A stretch of DNA of 64,000 nt from an uncultured SAR86 cluster bacterium (lineage in GTDB: Bacteria > Pseudomonadota > Gammaproteobacteria > Magnimaribacterales > D2472): positions 1,976 to 65,975 of the forward strand of contig CACMVA010000004.1 of the NCBI GenBank assembly GCA_902617045.1, read 5' to 3'. The notes beneath the pieces are model-generated. The model searched no databases. It was not told the DNA's origin and worked only from the letters and a program-made list of their open reading frames with translations. Numbering within the stretch: position 1 is the first letter of the stretch; each line of letters opens with the position of its first letter. Position numbers and translations under genes: made by a program. Positions 12,190 to 21,407 of the stretch are shown one piece after another.

Positions 12190-12763
12190 TTTACCTGTTT
12201 TTCCTTTAGGCCTAGTAGCTTTACCTGGCACAATTCAAAATTTGCAAATTTTTGAGCCTAGATATATCAGCATGGTTAAAGACTGTATGAAAAACAATCA
12301 TGGCTTTGTGATAGTTTTTCAAAAATCTGCTGAAGGCAATGACTTTGAAATATCTAAAAAGGGTTCATATGTTGAGATTATTGATTTTAATAATTTGCCT
12401 AATGGTTTGCTTGGAATCTCTGTCAAATCTATTAATAAAGTTGCAATTAGTAATTTAGTTCAGCTTCAAGATGGACTTAACGTTGCTGAGGTTAACCCTT
12501 TAATTGATCCTGAGGTTGATGATCAAGCTCTGTTAGCAGAATTTCCTGAAATTAGTAATATTTTGAATCAGCTTGTTAAGCATCCAAGAGTTGCTGATAT
12601 GCCTATTGAGGTTGATTTTAACTCCGCTGATTCCGTGGCATATCATCTTGCCGGATTGATACCAATTCCATGGACTCATAAACAGAGTCTTCTTGAGGCA
12701 TTTGATGCCACTCAAAGATTCGCAATTCTTTCTAAGTATATTGAAGAAATTTCTTCAAGCTAA
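12176..12763 (+). CDS. Lon protease N-terminal (substrate-binding) domain protein
   Basis: LPVFPL, LQIFEPRY, LPNGLLGI; usual neighbour of mpl. Confidence 0.85.
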   Translation: MKKNNLPVFPLGLVALPGTIQNLQIFEPRYISMVKDCMKNNHGFVIVFQKSAEGNDFEISKKGSYVEIIDFNNLPNGLLGISVKSINKVAISNLVQLQDGLNVAEVNPLIDPEVDDQALLAEFPEISNILNQLVKHPRVADMPIEVDFNSADSVAYHLAGLIPIPWTHKQSLLEAFDATQRFAILSKYIEEISSS

Positions 12764-12770
12764 AATAAGA

Positions 12771-13193
12771 TTAAACTTTTAAAGGTTCTTGATTTGATCT
12801 TTTTCTTAACCAATTTATGGTCTTGAGAACGCTTGGAATTGCTATAAACTTCCTTTCAATAAAATATTTGCCAGGATAATTACTCATCATTAACCCAATA
12901 AATATTGTGAATAACCCCTGTCCAGGCAGGACAAGCATAAGAATTCCACCGATAATTAAAACGTATCCAATTAAATTTTTAATTATCATTGAAACTAGCC
13001 ACATTACAGGATATTTGGATTTAAATTTTGAAGGCTTTTTATTTATAAAATAATCACTTGGTATGAGTGACACTAGCCATTTAATACTCATTAGACTAAA
13101 AATAAATATTGCAAAAGATATAGCTCCAAGCCAAAAAATATACGACTTGTAATTTATAATTTGCTGACTGAGTTGTTCAAAAATAATTTCCAA
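12771..13193 (-). CDS. Small membrane protein, PGPGW-like family
   Basis: IPSDYF, KNLIG...GILMLVLPGQG, YPGK, INWLR; several hydrophobic segments. Confidence 0.65.
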   Translation of the reverse strand: MEIIFEQLSQQIINYKSYIFWLGAISFAIFIFSLMSIKWLVSLIPSDYFINKKPSKFKSKYPVMWLVSMIIKNLIGYVLIIGGILMLVLPGQGLFTIFIGLMMSNYPGKYFIERKFIAIPSVLKTINWLRKRSNQEPLKV

Positions 13194-13284
13194 TAAATTA
13201 CTTACCCTTTTTCATTAATTTGATTTAGTATATCAATAAGAACATTTGTAGAGATAATTATTAGACCCATAATTTTATTTAATC

Positions 13285-13629
13285 TTGTCTAAAAAAACAC
13301 TTTCAGAAATATGCAACAATAGTCTAACTGACAGCAAGGCAGAAGATTTACTTGTCTTAGATGTAGAAAACATCTCATCATTTGCAGATAAAATCATTAT
13401 AGCTACCGCAACTTCAAATCGTCATGCTCTATCTGTTTCAGAAAAGCTTGTAGAATCGCTAAAAGAAAATAAATTTAATATTCTTGGAGTAGAAGGAGAA
13501 ATTGATTCAGGATGGGTTTTGGTAGATTGTGGAGACATCGTGGTTAATATAATGAAAAAAGAGCAACGAGACTTTTATGACTTAGAAGGACTTTGGGGAG
13601 AAAAAACTCTATTAACTCAAGAAAGCTAA
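13285..13629 (+). CDS. rsfS: Ribosome silencing factor
   Basis: KAEDL, ATATSNRH, GWVLVDCGDIVVNIM...RDFYDLEGLW. Confidence 0.93.
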   Translation: MSKKTLSEICNNSLTDSKAEDLLVLDVENISSFADKIIIATATSNRHALSVSEKLVESLKENKFNILGVEGEIDSGWVLVDCGDIVVNIMKKEQRDFYDLEGLWGEKTLLTQES

Positions 13630-14093
13630 TGATCATTAAAATTATTAGTATTGGAAATAAACTTAATACATGGGAGCAAGACAGCATTAATTTCTATTTA
13701 AAACAATTGCCAAGAAATTTAAAAATAGAATTCATAAATTTAAAAAGTCATCAAAATCCAAACTATTCTGAATCTGAGGTAGTAAAAAAAGAATCGCAAT
13801 TGATAATGTCAAAACTAACTAAAGAGGATTTTATTATTGCATTTGATATGAATGGCGATCAAATTTGTAGCAAAAAATTTAGTGATCTTATATTTAATAA
13901 TCAAGAATCTGATAAAACAATAACTTTGGTTATAGGTGGCTCATTTGGATTGTCATCAGAAATAAAAGATAATTCTAACAAGGTATTGTCTGCATCTTTG
14001 TTCACATTTCCTCACAGATTGTTTAGATTAATATTGGTTGAACAAATTTATAGGGCACACACAATTGTAAATAATATGCCATATCACAAATGA
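13629..14093 (+). CDS. rlmH: 23S rRNA m3Psi1915 methyltransferase
   Basis: IGGSFGL, TFPHRLFRLILVEQIYRA, C-terminal PYHK; ATG 13629 overlaps the rsfS stop (TAATG). Confidence 0.93.
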   Translation: MIIKIISIGNKLNTWEQDSINFYLKQLPRNLKIEFINLKSHQNPNYSESEVVKKESQLIMSKLTKEDFIIAFDMNGDQICSKKFSDLIFNNQESDKTITLVIGGSFGLSSEIKDNSNKVLSASLFTFPHRLFRLILVEQIYRAHTIVNNMPYHK

Positions 14094-15931
14094 TAGATTT
14101 AAACGAAAGGTTTTCAGAAAAAAGAAATTTCTTCAATAGGCTTGTTTTTGTTTATGTTTTCTTTGGCGTTCTATTTTTGTATTTGATTTATAAAACATTT
14201 TCTCTTCAAATTTCAAGTTATTCGGACTATGAGCTTGCATCGCTTGAAAATAAGACAAGAGAATTTTTGGTCCAACCAAGAAGAGGAATTATTTACGATA
14301 GAAATGGTGAAATTATTGTAAACAATAAACCCAGTTATAACATGATTCTTGACCCAGAAAATGTTGATGACATTAATGAGTTGATATTTGAAATTAATAA
14401 ATTTGTTAATTTATCTGATGCTGAAATTAAAAATATAAATAACATTTTTCCAAACAAGAAAAAGCTTAATAGAGAAGTTGTGCTCAAAAGAAACTTAACT
14501 ACTGAAGAAATTGCAAAATTTGAAGTAAGAAATTATAGATTTCCTGATATTCAAATTGCTGAGAGGTATTCAAGAGAAAATCTTTATCCGTACCTATTCT
14601 CACATTCCATAGGATACGTTGGCAATCTTGATGAGGAAAAACTTCAAGAAATATTATCATCTCAAGAACTTGAATCAAATGAGACAATTTTTACTTATTC
14701 AAATGGTTTTTTGAATGGAAAAACTGGCATTGAATATGTTTATGATGAAAAATTGCGAGGTTTATTTGGTAAAAAAATATATGAAGTTGATGCATCTGGC
14801 AGGCTATTACAAGAAAAACAGATGATACCTGCTGTTGCAGGTGAAGATATTTTTACTTCTCTTGACCTCCCAAGCCAAAAAGTTGCTTATGATGAGTTAA
14901 ATAATAGAAGGGGCGCAGTAGTAGCAGTGGACATAAATGATGGCTCAATTGTTACCTATGTAAGCTCCCCATCATTTTCTGTAAATAAGATCGCTAACGG
15001 ACTCACACAAAACGAATTTGATGAGTTAATAAATGATGATGATAAACCATTTTTTGATCGAGCAGCTCAAGGCAGGTATTCACCAGCATCAACAATTAAA
15101 CCTGCTATTGGTCTATTCGGAATTGATAAAGATATTTTAGATTGGGAATATACTATTCAGGACCCTGGATATTTTATATTACCTGAAGATGGAAGAATCT
15201 ATCGAGGATGGAAAAAAGGTGGCCATGGTGAAATTAATCTCAAAGATGCAATTATAGAAAGCTCAAATACTTTCTTCTTTTCACTTGCCTATCAAACAGA
15301 AATAGAAGAGTTAAGAGCGCACTTGTCGAATTTTGGATTTGGTAAAAATGTTTGTGATGATTGTTTTATGCCAGATAATGGACTGCTTCCAAGTCCAAGG
15401 TGGAAAATGAATACACATAATTTTGGCTGGTTTAAAGGCGATACAGTAAATGTGGGAGTTGGGCAAGGATATATAAATGCTACGCCAATTCAGCTTGCAT
15501 ATTATTCTGCCTTTCTAGCAACAAAAGGTAATATAAATAAATTCTCTTTTGTTCAAGATAACAAAAATGTTGATAAGAATATTTTTAACTCAAAAAATAT
15601 TAAAAACATTGATTGGGATAATATTCATGAGAGCATGATAGGCGTAATTGAAAGTCCAAAAGGAACTGCGGGCAGACTCCGATCATTAAAAGATTACGTA
15701 ATAGCTGCAAAATCAGGAACTGTAGAATTAGTAAGCACTGAAACCAAAGAAGATTATCAAATAATACGAGAAACTGAAGGCAAAAGAGACCACGCTATAA
15801 TAATTGCTTTTGCTCCTATGCCAAATCCAAAATATGCGATAAGCGTTGTAATTGAAAATGGTGAAAGTGGTGGATCAGTTGCTGGACCGGTAGCAGTCGC
15901 AGTTCTAAATAGCCTAGTCAAAAATGATTAA
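14090..15931 (+). CDS. mrdA: Penicillin-binding protein 2
   Basis: N-terminal TM, PRRGIIYDRNG, STIK, SSN, KSGT; lies before rodA. Confidence 0.94.
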   Translation: MIDLNERFSEKRNFFNRLVFVYVFFGVLFLYLIYKTFSLQISSYSDYELASLENKTREFLVQPRRGIIYDRNGEIIVNNKPSYNMILDPENVDDINELIFEINKFVNLSDAEIKNINNIFPNKKKLNREVVLKRNLTTEEIAKFEVRNYRFPDIQIAERYSRENLYPYLFSHSIGYVGNLDEEKLQEILSSQELESNETIFTYSNGFLNGKTGIEYVYDEKLRGLFGKKIYEVDASGRLLQEKQMIPAVAGEDIFTSLDLPSQKVAYDELNNRRGAVVAVDINDGSIVTYVSSPSFSVNKIANGLTQNEFDELINDDDKPFFDRAAQGRYSPASTIKPAIGLFGIDKDILDWEYTIQDPGYFILPEDGRIYRGWKKGGHGEINLKDAIIESSNTFFFSLAYQTEIEELRAHLSNFGFGKNVCDDCFMPDNGLLPSPRWKMNTHNFGWFKGDTVNVGVGQGYINATPIQLAYYSAFLATKGNINKFSFVQDNKNVDKNIFNSKNIKNIDWDNIHESMIGVIESPKGTAGRLRSLKDYVIAAKSGTVELVSTETKEDYQIIRETEGKRDHAIIIAFAPMPNPKYAISVVIENGESGGSVAGPVAVAVLNSLVKND

Positions 15932-17024
15932 CTTTAAAAATTTTATTAAGGATAAAATCTATATCGATTCGTATTTATTTATTTCAATCACATTACTTTC
16001 AATCATGGGTCTTGTATTTTTATATAGCGCCTCTCAAGGGAACATAGAGACAATCATTAAACAGTCTTTTTTTGTTATATTTGGTTTGTTTTTAATGTTT
16101 ATCGTTAGTCAGCCTGATCCAGATTTCTACAAAAATAATTCAGCAATTTTTTTAATCTTTTCCTTAGTTCTTGTTTTGATCACTCTTTTTTTTGGAAAGG
16201 AAGTAAATGGAGCAAGAAGGTGGCTCGATCTTGGATTCTTCACATTACAAACATCAGAAATTATCAAAGTTGCTTTACCAGTATTTTTAGCTGCATATTT
16301 ATATGACAAACCCTTACCAATAAATTTATTCAATACCTTTACTACATTGGTCTTGATTCTTTTAATAGTTAATCTAGTTAGAATTCAGCCAGACTTGGGG
16401 ACAAGTTTAATAATTTTGATAGCGGGTCTGTATATTTTATTCTTAGCCGGATTAAGCTGGAGATTTATTGGAATTTCATTCGGAATTTTTATTTTGTCTC
16501 TGCCTTTTATTTGGAATAATTTTTTAGAACCATTTCAAAGACAAAGAATTTTAACTTTATTAGATCCCAATGCAGACCCTTTTGGATCGGGATGGAATAT
16601 TACTCAATCAAAGATAGCTATTGGATCAGGCGGACTTCAAGGAAAAGGATATCAAATGGGCTCTCAAGCCCATTTAGATTTTTTACCAGAGACTGAGACA
16701 GATTTTATTTTTTCAGTAATTGCAGAGGAATTTGGTTTTATAGGAGTATGTATTCTTTTATCTATTTTCTTATTTATCTTACTAAGATGTTTATATTTGG
16801 CTTTTAATGCAAGAGATAGATTTTGCAGATTAACCATTGGTGGACTTAGTCTATTATTTCTATCTACAGTATTCATAAATTTATCAATGGTGGTTGGAAT
16901 TATTCCAGTCGTGGGCATGCCACTTCCATTTATAAGCAAAGGAGGCTCATCTTTGTTATCATTTTACATAGCATTTGGAATAATAATTTCTATGGCAACA
17001 CACAAAAAATTGATGCAAAAATGA
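15924..17024 (+). CDS. rodA: SEDS peptidoglycan glycosyltransferase RodA
   Basis: GARRWL, QPDLGT, QSKIAIGSGG, FLPETETDFIF, GMPLPFIS. Confidence 0.95.
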   Translation: MINFKNFIKDKIYIDSYLFISITLLSIMGLVFLYSASQGNIETIIKQSFFVIFGLFLMFIVSQPDPDFYKNNSAIFLIFSLVLVLITLFFGKEVNGARRWLDLGFFTLQTSEIIKVALPVFLAAYLYDKPLPINLFNTFTTLVLILLIVNLVRIQPDLGTSLIILIAGLYILFLAGLSWRFIGISFGIFILSLPFIWNNFLEPFQRQRILTLLDPNADPFGSGWNITQSKIAIGSGGLQGKGYQMGSQAHLDFLPETETDFIFSVIAEEFGFIGVCILLSIFLFILLRCLYLAFNARDRFCRLTIGGLSLLFLSTVFINLSMVVGIIPVVGMPLPFISKGGSSLLSFYIAFGIIISMATHKKLMQK

Positions 17025-17908
17025 AAAACTTTTTATTTCTCATATTTATACTAGTAAATTTTAGTTATGCAGATTACTTTGAGCATCCTGAATCTCAAGA
17101 AATTATCAATGAGCTTGTTGAAATTCATGGCTTTGATAAAAAATATGTTGAAACAGTACTCAAAGACGCAAAAAAACAACAAAAGATCATTGATTCGATT
17201 TCCAAACCTGCTGAATTTACATGGACATGGGAGAGATATAAAAAGCTATTTATTGAAGAAAAAAGAATTAGAAATGGCAAAAAGTTTATTAAAAATAATT
17301 TAGTTACTTTGGAGAGAGCAGAAAAAGAGTTTGGTGTACCCAAAGAAATTATTACTTCAATTCTCGGTATTGAAACAAGATACGGAAAAATTTTAGGAAA
17401 TTATAGGGTTATTGATAGCTTAACTACTTTAGGTTTTGATTATCCAAGAAGGTCTGCATTTTTTAAAGACGAACTCACAAAGTTTTTTTTGTTAACAAGA
17501 GAAAATAATTTGGATATTTACTCTGTAAAAGGTTCTTACGCCGGTGCAATGGGATATGGACAATTTATATCTTCAAGCTATCGCGCATACGCTATTGATT
17601 TTGATGGAGATAATAACGTTGATTTATTTAACTCTGTTGATGATGCTATTGGAAGTATTGCAAATTATTTAAAAGTTCATGGGTGGAAAAAAAATGGAGA
17701 AATTGTTAATGAGTTATCCATAAATAATGTAAGAGAAATCTATAAACCGCATGATAGTCTTTCAAAATTCATTCCTTTGAGTTTTAATGAAGATGGAAAA
17801 GACAATTATTTTATTGGAGATGATAACTTTGTTGCAATTACCAAATATAATAGAAGTCACTTTTATGCAATGGCTGTATATTATTTAGCAGAAGAGTTTA
17901 AAAAATGA
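17021..17908 (+). CDS. mltB: Lytic murein transglycosylase B (compact)
   Basis: GIETRYG, LTTLGFDYPRR, GSYAGAMGYGQF, AIDFDGD, ITKYNRSHFYAMAV. Confidence 0.92.
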   Translation: MKNFLFLIFILVNFSYADYFEHPESQEIINELVEIHGFDKKYVETVLKDAKKQQKIIDSISKPAEFTWTWERYKKLFIEEKRIRNGKKFIKNNLVTLERAEKEFGVPKEIITSILGIETRYGKILGNYRVIDSLTTLGFDYPRRSAFFKDELTKFFLLTRENNLDIYSVKGSYAGAMGYGQFISSSYRAYAIDFDGDNNVDLFNSVDDAIGSIANYLKVHGWKKNGEIVNELSINNVREIYKPHDSLSKFIPLSFNEDGKDNYFIGDDNFVAITKYNRSHFYAMAVYYLAEEFKK

Positions 17909-19053
17909 AAAGAATTATATTATTTATATTATTTGTACCAAATCTTGTTGTTGGACAGAGCTTTGTTCCAAATGCTCCTGAATTAAATTTAAAAAGTTAC
18001 ATGTTAATTGAGCCTAAAACGAATACTGTTATTGCAGAGTCAAATGCAAGTGGTTTAATTGAGCCAGCAAGCATGACTAAAGTCATGACTGCTTATGTTG
18101 TTGCCGACCAGATTAAAAATGATCTCATTAGTCTTGATGATAATGTTCTTATAAGTGAAAAAGCATGGAGAATGGGCGGTTCAAAAATGTTTATCGAAGT
18201 TGGAAAAAGGGTAAGCATACTTGATTTGCTAAAAGGTATAATTATCCAGTCAGGAAATGATGCTTCCGTTGCAATTGCTGAATATGTTGGGGGTACTGAA
18301 GCTGGATTTGTTGATCTTATGAATTCCTATGCTGGAGCTTTGGGGATGACTGACACAACTTTTATAAATTCCACAGGTCTTCCAAATGAGGGGCATTTAA
18401 CATCAGCAAGGGATCTTGCAACTCTTACTTCAAACTTTATGACAAATTTTCCAGACATTTATGCTCTTTTCAAAGAAAAAGAATTTGAATATGGGGGAAT
18501 TACAGGAAATAAATATAACAGAAACAAATTACTTTGGAGAGATGAGAGTTCTGATGGAGTTAAGACAGGACATACATCCTCAGCTGGATATTGTCTTATT
18601 GGATCTGCCAAAAGGGGTAACATGAGACTAATCACAGTTGTGGCTGGAAGTGATACTGCAAATAATAGCTTCTCAGATACACAAAGACTTCTAGAGTATG
18701 GATTTAGATTTTATGCTACTCAAAAGTACTTTGATGCAGATAAAGAATATACAACTGCAAAAGTTTGGGGCGGTAAGAACGACAATATAAGCCTAGGTGT
18801 AGTTGAAGATATATTAATAACTTTACCTAGAACAAGTTTTAAGAACGTCAAGGTTAATTTTAATGTGAAAAATAATGTCCAAGCTCCTATAAGAAGAGGT
18901 GATAAGCTTGGAACTTTAGATATTATTAGTAATGATGAGGTTGTTCTAACAACTGATCTGCTTGCATTGAATGACGTTGATGCTAAAGGCTTTTTTGGAA
19001 GGATTTGGTCAAAATTCGTCCTCTGGATAATGAGCTTATTTGGATTAGCATAG
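17905..19053 (+). CDS. dacA: D-Ala-D-Ala carboxypeptidase (PBP5/6)
   Basis: PASMTK, SGN, KTG motifs. Confidence 0.9.
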   Translation: MKRIILFILFVPNLVVGQSFVPNAPELNLKSYMLIEPKTNTVIAESNASGLIEPASMTKVMTAYVVADQIKNDLISLDDNVLISEKAWRMGGSKMFIEVGKRVSILDLLKGIIIQSGNDASVAIAEYVGGTEAGFVDLMNSYAGALGMTDTTFINSTGLPNEGHLTSARDLATLTSNFMTNFPDIYALFKEKEFEYGGITGNKYNRNKLLWRDESSDGVKTGHTSSAGYCLIGSAKRGNMRLITVVAGSDTANNSFSDTQRLLEYGFRFYATQKYFDADKEYTTAKVWGGKNDNISLGVVEDILITLPRTSFKNVKVNFNVKNNVQAPIRRGDKLGTLDIISNDEVVLTTDLLALNDVDAKGFFGRIWSKFVLWIMSLFGLA

Positions 19054-19881
19054 ATGGAAAATGTTCATGCTGTATTCAATGGAACATTTGATAACTTAGA
19101 AAATATAAAAATATCACCCTTAAGCAGAGCCTATACCTTTTCAGATAGTGTTTATGAGGTCATTCCTTTTCATAATGCAAAGGGTATTGCTTTTGATAGA
19201 CATATAAAGAGACTTCAAAAAAGTTGTAATTCGTTATCAATTTCAGCAAATATTGATTTAATTTCAAAAGAGATCATTGAACTTATTAGTAAAAGTAAAT
19301 TTAAAGATGGTTATGTTTACTATCAGGTTTCAAGAGGAGTTGATCAAATACGGTCACATATGTTTAATGCAGATATTTCAACTGAAACATTTGGTTATGT
19401 CGTAGAACATACCTTTCAAGCACAATCACTTAAGGTGATGTTATGTGAGGACGTAAGATGGCAGAGGTGTGATATTAAATCCACTTCATTATTAGGCAAC
19501 ATAATGAGTATGAATAATGCCAAAAATAGCGGATGTGATGAAGTAATTATGCATAAAGACAGAGTAATTACTGAGGGCGGAGCTTCAAATGTTTTTTTTG
19601 CAAGTAATGATTGTGTTTACACACCCAATTTGTCTAAAAATATTCTCCCTGGTATTACCAGAGAACTTTTAATTGAAAAAATCAAAGCATCTGGAATTAA
19701 TGTTCAGGAGGGCAGCTTTAAAATTGATGATCTTACAGATGCAAAATCAATATGGTTAACTAGTTCTACGAAGGGGCTTGCTCAAGTAATTGAAATTACA
19801 AATCAAGAAACAAATATTGTTGTAGATCATCCTTTATTTTTAGAGTGTGAGAAAATATTTAAAAATAACTTTCTTAGTTAG
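19054..19881 (+). CDS. Class IV PLP aminotransferase, D-amino-acid aminotransferase-like
   Basis: DSVYEVI, YYQVSRG, RWQRCDIKSTSLL, EGGASNVF, LPGITR. Confidence 0.82.
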   Translation: MENVHAVFNGTFDNLENIKISPLSRAYTFSDSVYEVIPFHNAKGIAFDRHIKRLQKSCNSLSISANIDLISKEIIELISKSKFKDGYVYYQVSRGVDQIRSHMFNADISTETFGYVVEHTFQAQSLKVMLCEDVRWQRCDIKSTSLLGNIMSMNNAKNSGCDEVIMHKDRVITEGGASNVFFASNDCVYTPNLSKNILPGITRELLIEKIKASGINVQEGSFKIDDLTDAKSIWLTSSTKGLAQVIEITNQETNIVVDHPLFLECEKIFKNNFLS

Positions 19882-20851
19882 AAGTTAGACTAATTACCAT
19901 ATTATCTAGCTCTTGCCAAAACTGATCTTTTGTCATGCCGCCCAATCCTTTTGAGGCTAAATCTAATTCATAAACTTTTTTCTGAAGTAAAAGCATTTTT
20001 TTGAGCGGGTTCTTTTTAATAAAATTTATATAGTTTGGAATTTTATTTTTCCATATTCCAGCTTTTTCTAAATTAACATTGTCTTGAAGCGATCCAACAC
20101 AAGTATTTATAATTTTTCCAATAATCCAAACTAAGAGAGGGCCATAGTGATCATCATTTTTTTTGATTGATTTGGTTATTCGCAAAGCATATTTTGTATT
20201 AAGTTCAACAATTTTATCTTCTAGCTGGTAGGGTAAAAATTCTGCATTATCATAGCCTATTTTCTTATCTTTATTATTTTCTGAATAAGTTAGCTTAAGA
20301 ATATTTATCTCATTTTGTTGAGCAATCAAATTGCCTGAAAAAATATCTGTAATTCTTATTGAAAATTCTTTGGCATCTGATTCGTTCATAAAACCTAATT
20401 GATTTTTAACCCAAGTTTTTTCTTCAAATGATTTAAGTTTGTTACATTCAACCATCAATCCAAGACTATCCATCAATTTAACCCATTTGGTACTTTTATT
20501 AATCTTTTCAGTAGAAGATTTAATAATCAATGCAATATTATTGAGTTCTTTAATATTCTTCATTTCAAAAATATTAGTAATTTCTTTTGGTATTTTTCCT
20601 TTATGATGACCAATTTCAATAATTATCTTAGATCCAAACAAAGAACCTGAGGCATTCTCAATTATCATATTTTCTATTTTTGAGTAGTCAGCTTCAGTAA
20701 TAATTTTCTTTTCAGTAAAGTTCTGTTCCTTCAAAAACGAATTGATTTGATCAACTGAATTATTTTTTAAAACAATCTCTGAGCCAAAAACAAAAAATAT
20801 ATTTGAAGATTTACTTATGTATTTATTTAATGATGTAGACTCACAAATCAA
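19874..20851 (-). CDS. holA: DNA polymerase III delta subunit (divergent)
   Basis: FVFGSE, SLFGSK, GNL...QNEI, GIWKNK, DLASKG; leuS-lptE-holA synteny. Confidence 0.8.
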   Translation of the reverse strand: MICESTSLNKYISKSSNIFFVFGSEIVLKNNSVDQINSFLKEQNFTEKKIITEADYSKIENMIIENASGSLFGSKIIIEIGHHKGKIPKEITNIFEMKNIKELNNIALIIKSSTEKINKSTKWVKLMDSLGLMVECNKLKSFEEKTWVKNQLGFMNESDAKEFSIRITDIFSGNLIAQQNEINILKLTYSENNKDKKIGYDNAEFLPYQLEDKIVELNTKYALRITKSIKKNDDHYGPLLVWIIGKIINTCVGSLQDNVNLEKAGIWKNKIPNYINFIKKNPLKKMLLLQKKVYELDLASKGLGGMTKDQFWQELDNMVISLTSN

Positions 20852-21365
20852 TTAAGTTAACCTCTAGCATTAGTTGCTCAATGACATCATTCATAATTTC
20901 CTCTTCCATAAATTTGCTCATCTGATTTTCTGCCAAAGGATTAAGTTCTAATGCACTAAATCTTTTCATTGAATTGATAGTTTTTATGTTATTTGAGTGA
21001 TTCATATGCATAGAGTGATTAGAATGCATGGAATGATCCATTTTCATTGATTTTGAATCATCAATGTTGAAATTTAATTTTGCTTTGAGTTCAATTTCCA
21101 TAGCTCTCAAAGATGTTCCAGAGTAAACTTCATATTTATTTAAATCAAAGCTACTTACATTTATGTGAATTTTTTTGTTATCAACTTTTTCAAAATTATC
21201 ACCAAAAACTTTTTTAATTTTTAATTGAAAGTTATTAGGAACTTCCTGATCAAATGAAAAGTAATATTTATTTTTATCAAGCTGTAATTTTTGATACTCA
21301 TTTAAGTTACATGAAGTAATTACAATGCTTAGCAATATTAGAAGTAATCCTTTTGTATATCTCAT
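20841..21365 (-). CDS. lptE: LptE-like lipoprotein with a His/Met-rich insert
   Basis: Lipobox IVITSC; sits between leuS and holA; C-terminal NPLAE...MEEEI helix. The sequence is divergent, so the call rests mainly on synteny. Confidence 0.6.
   Translation of the reverse strand: MRYTKGLLLILLSIVITSCNLNEYQKLQLDKNKYYFSFDQEVPNNFQLKIKKVFGDNFEKVDNKKIHINVSSFDLNKYEVYSGTSLRAMEIELKAKLNFNIDDSKSMKMDHSMHSNHSMHMNHSNNIKTINSMKRFSALELNPLAENQMSKFMEEEIMNDVIEQLMLEVNLIDL
20994..21047 (-). repeat. Imperfect 18-bp tandem repeat encoding MKMDHS-MHSNHS-MHMNHS
   Basis: atgaaaatggatcattcc / atgcattctaatcactct / atgcatatgaatcactca on the minus strand. Confidence 0.7.
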
Positions 21366-21407
21366 AGCCTTAAATGTTAGTTAAGATATTATATTTTATG
21401 TTTTTGT

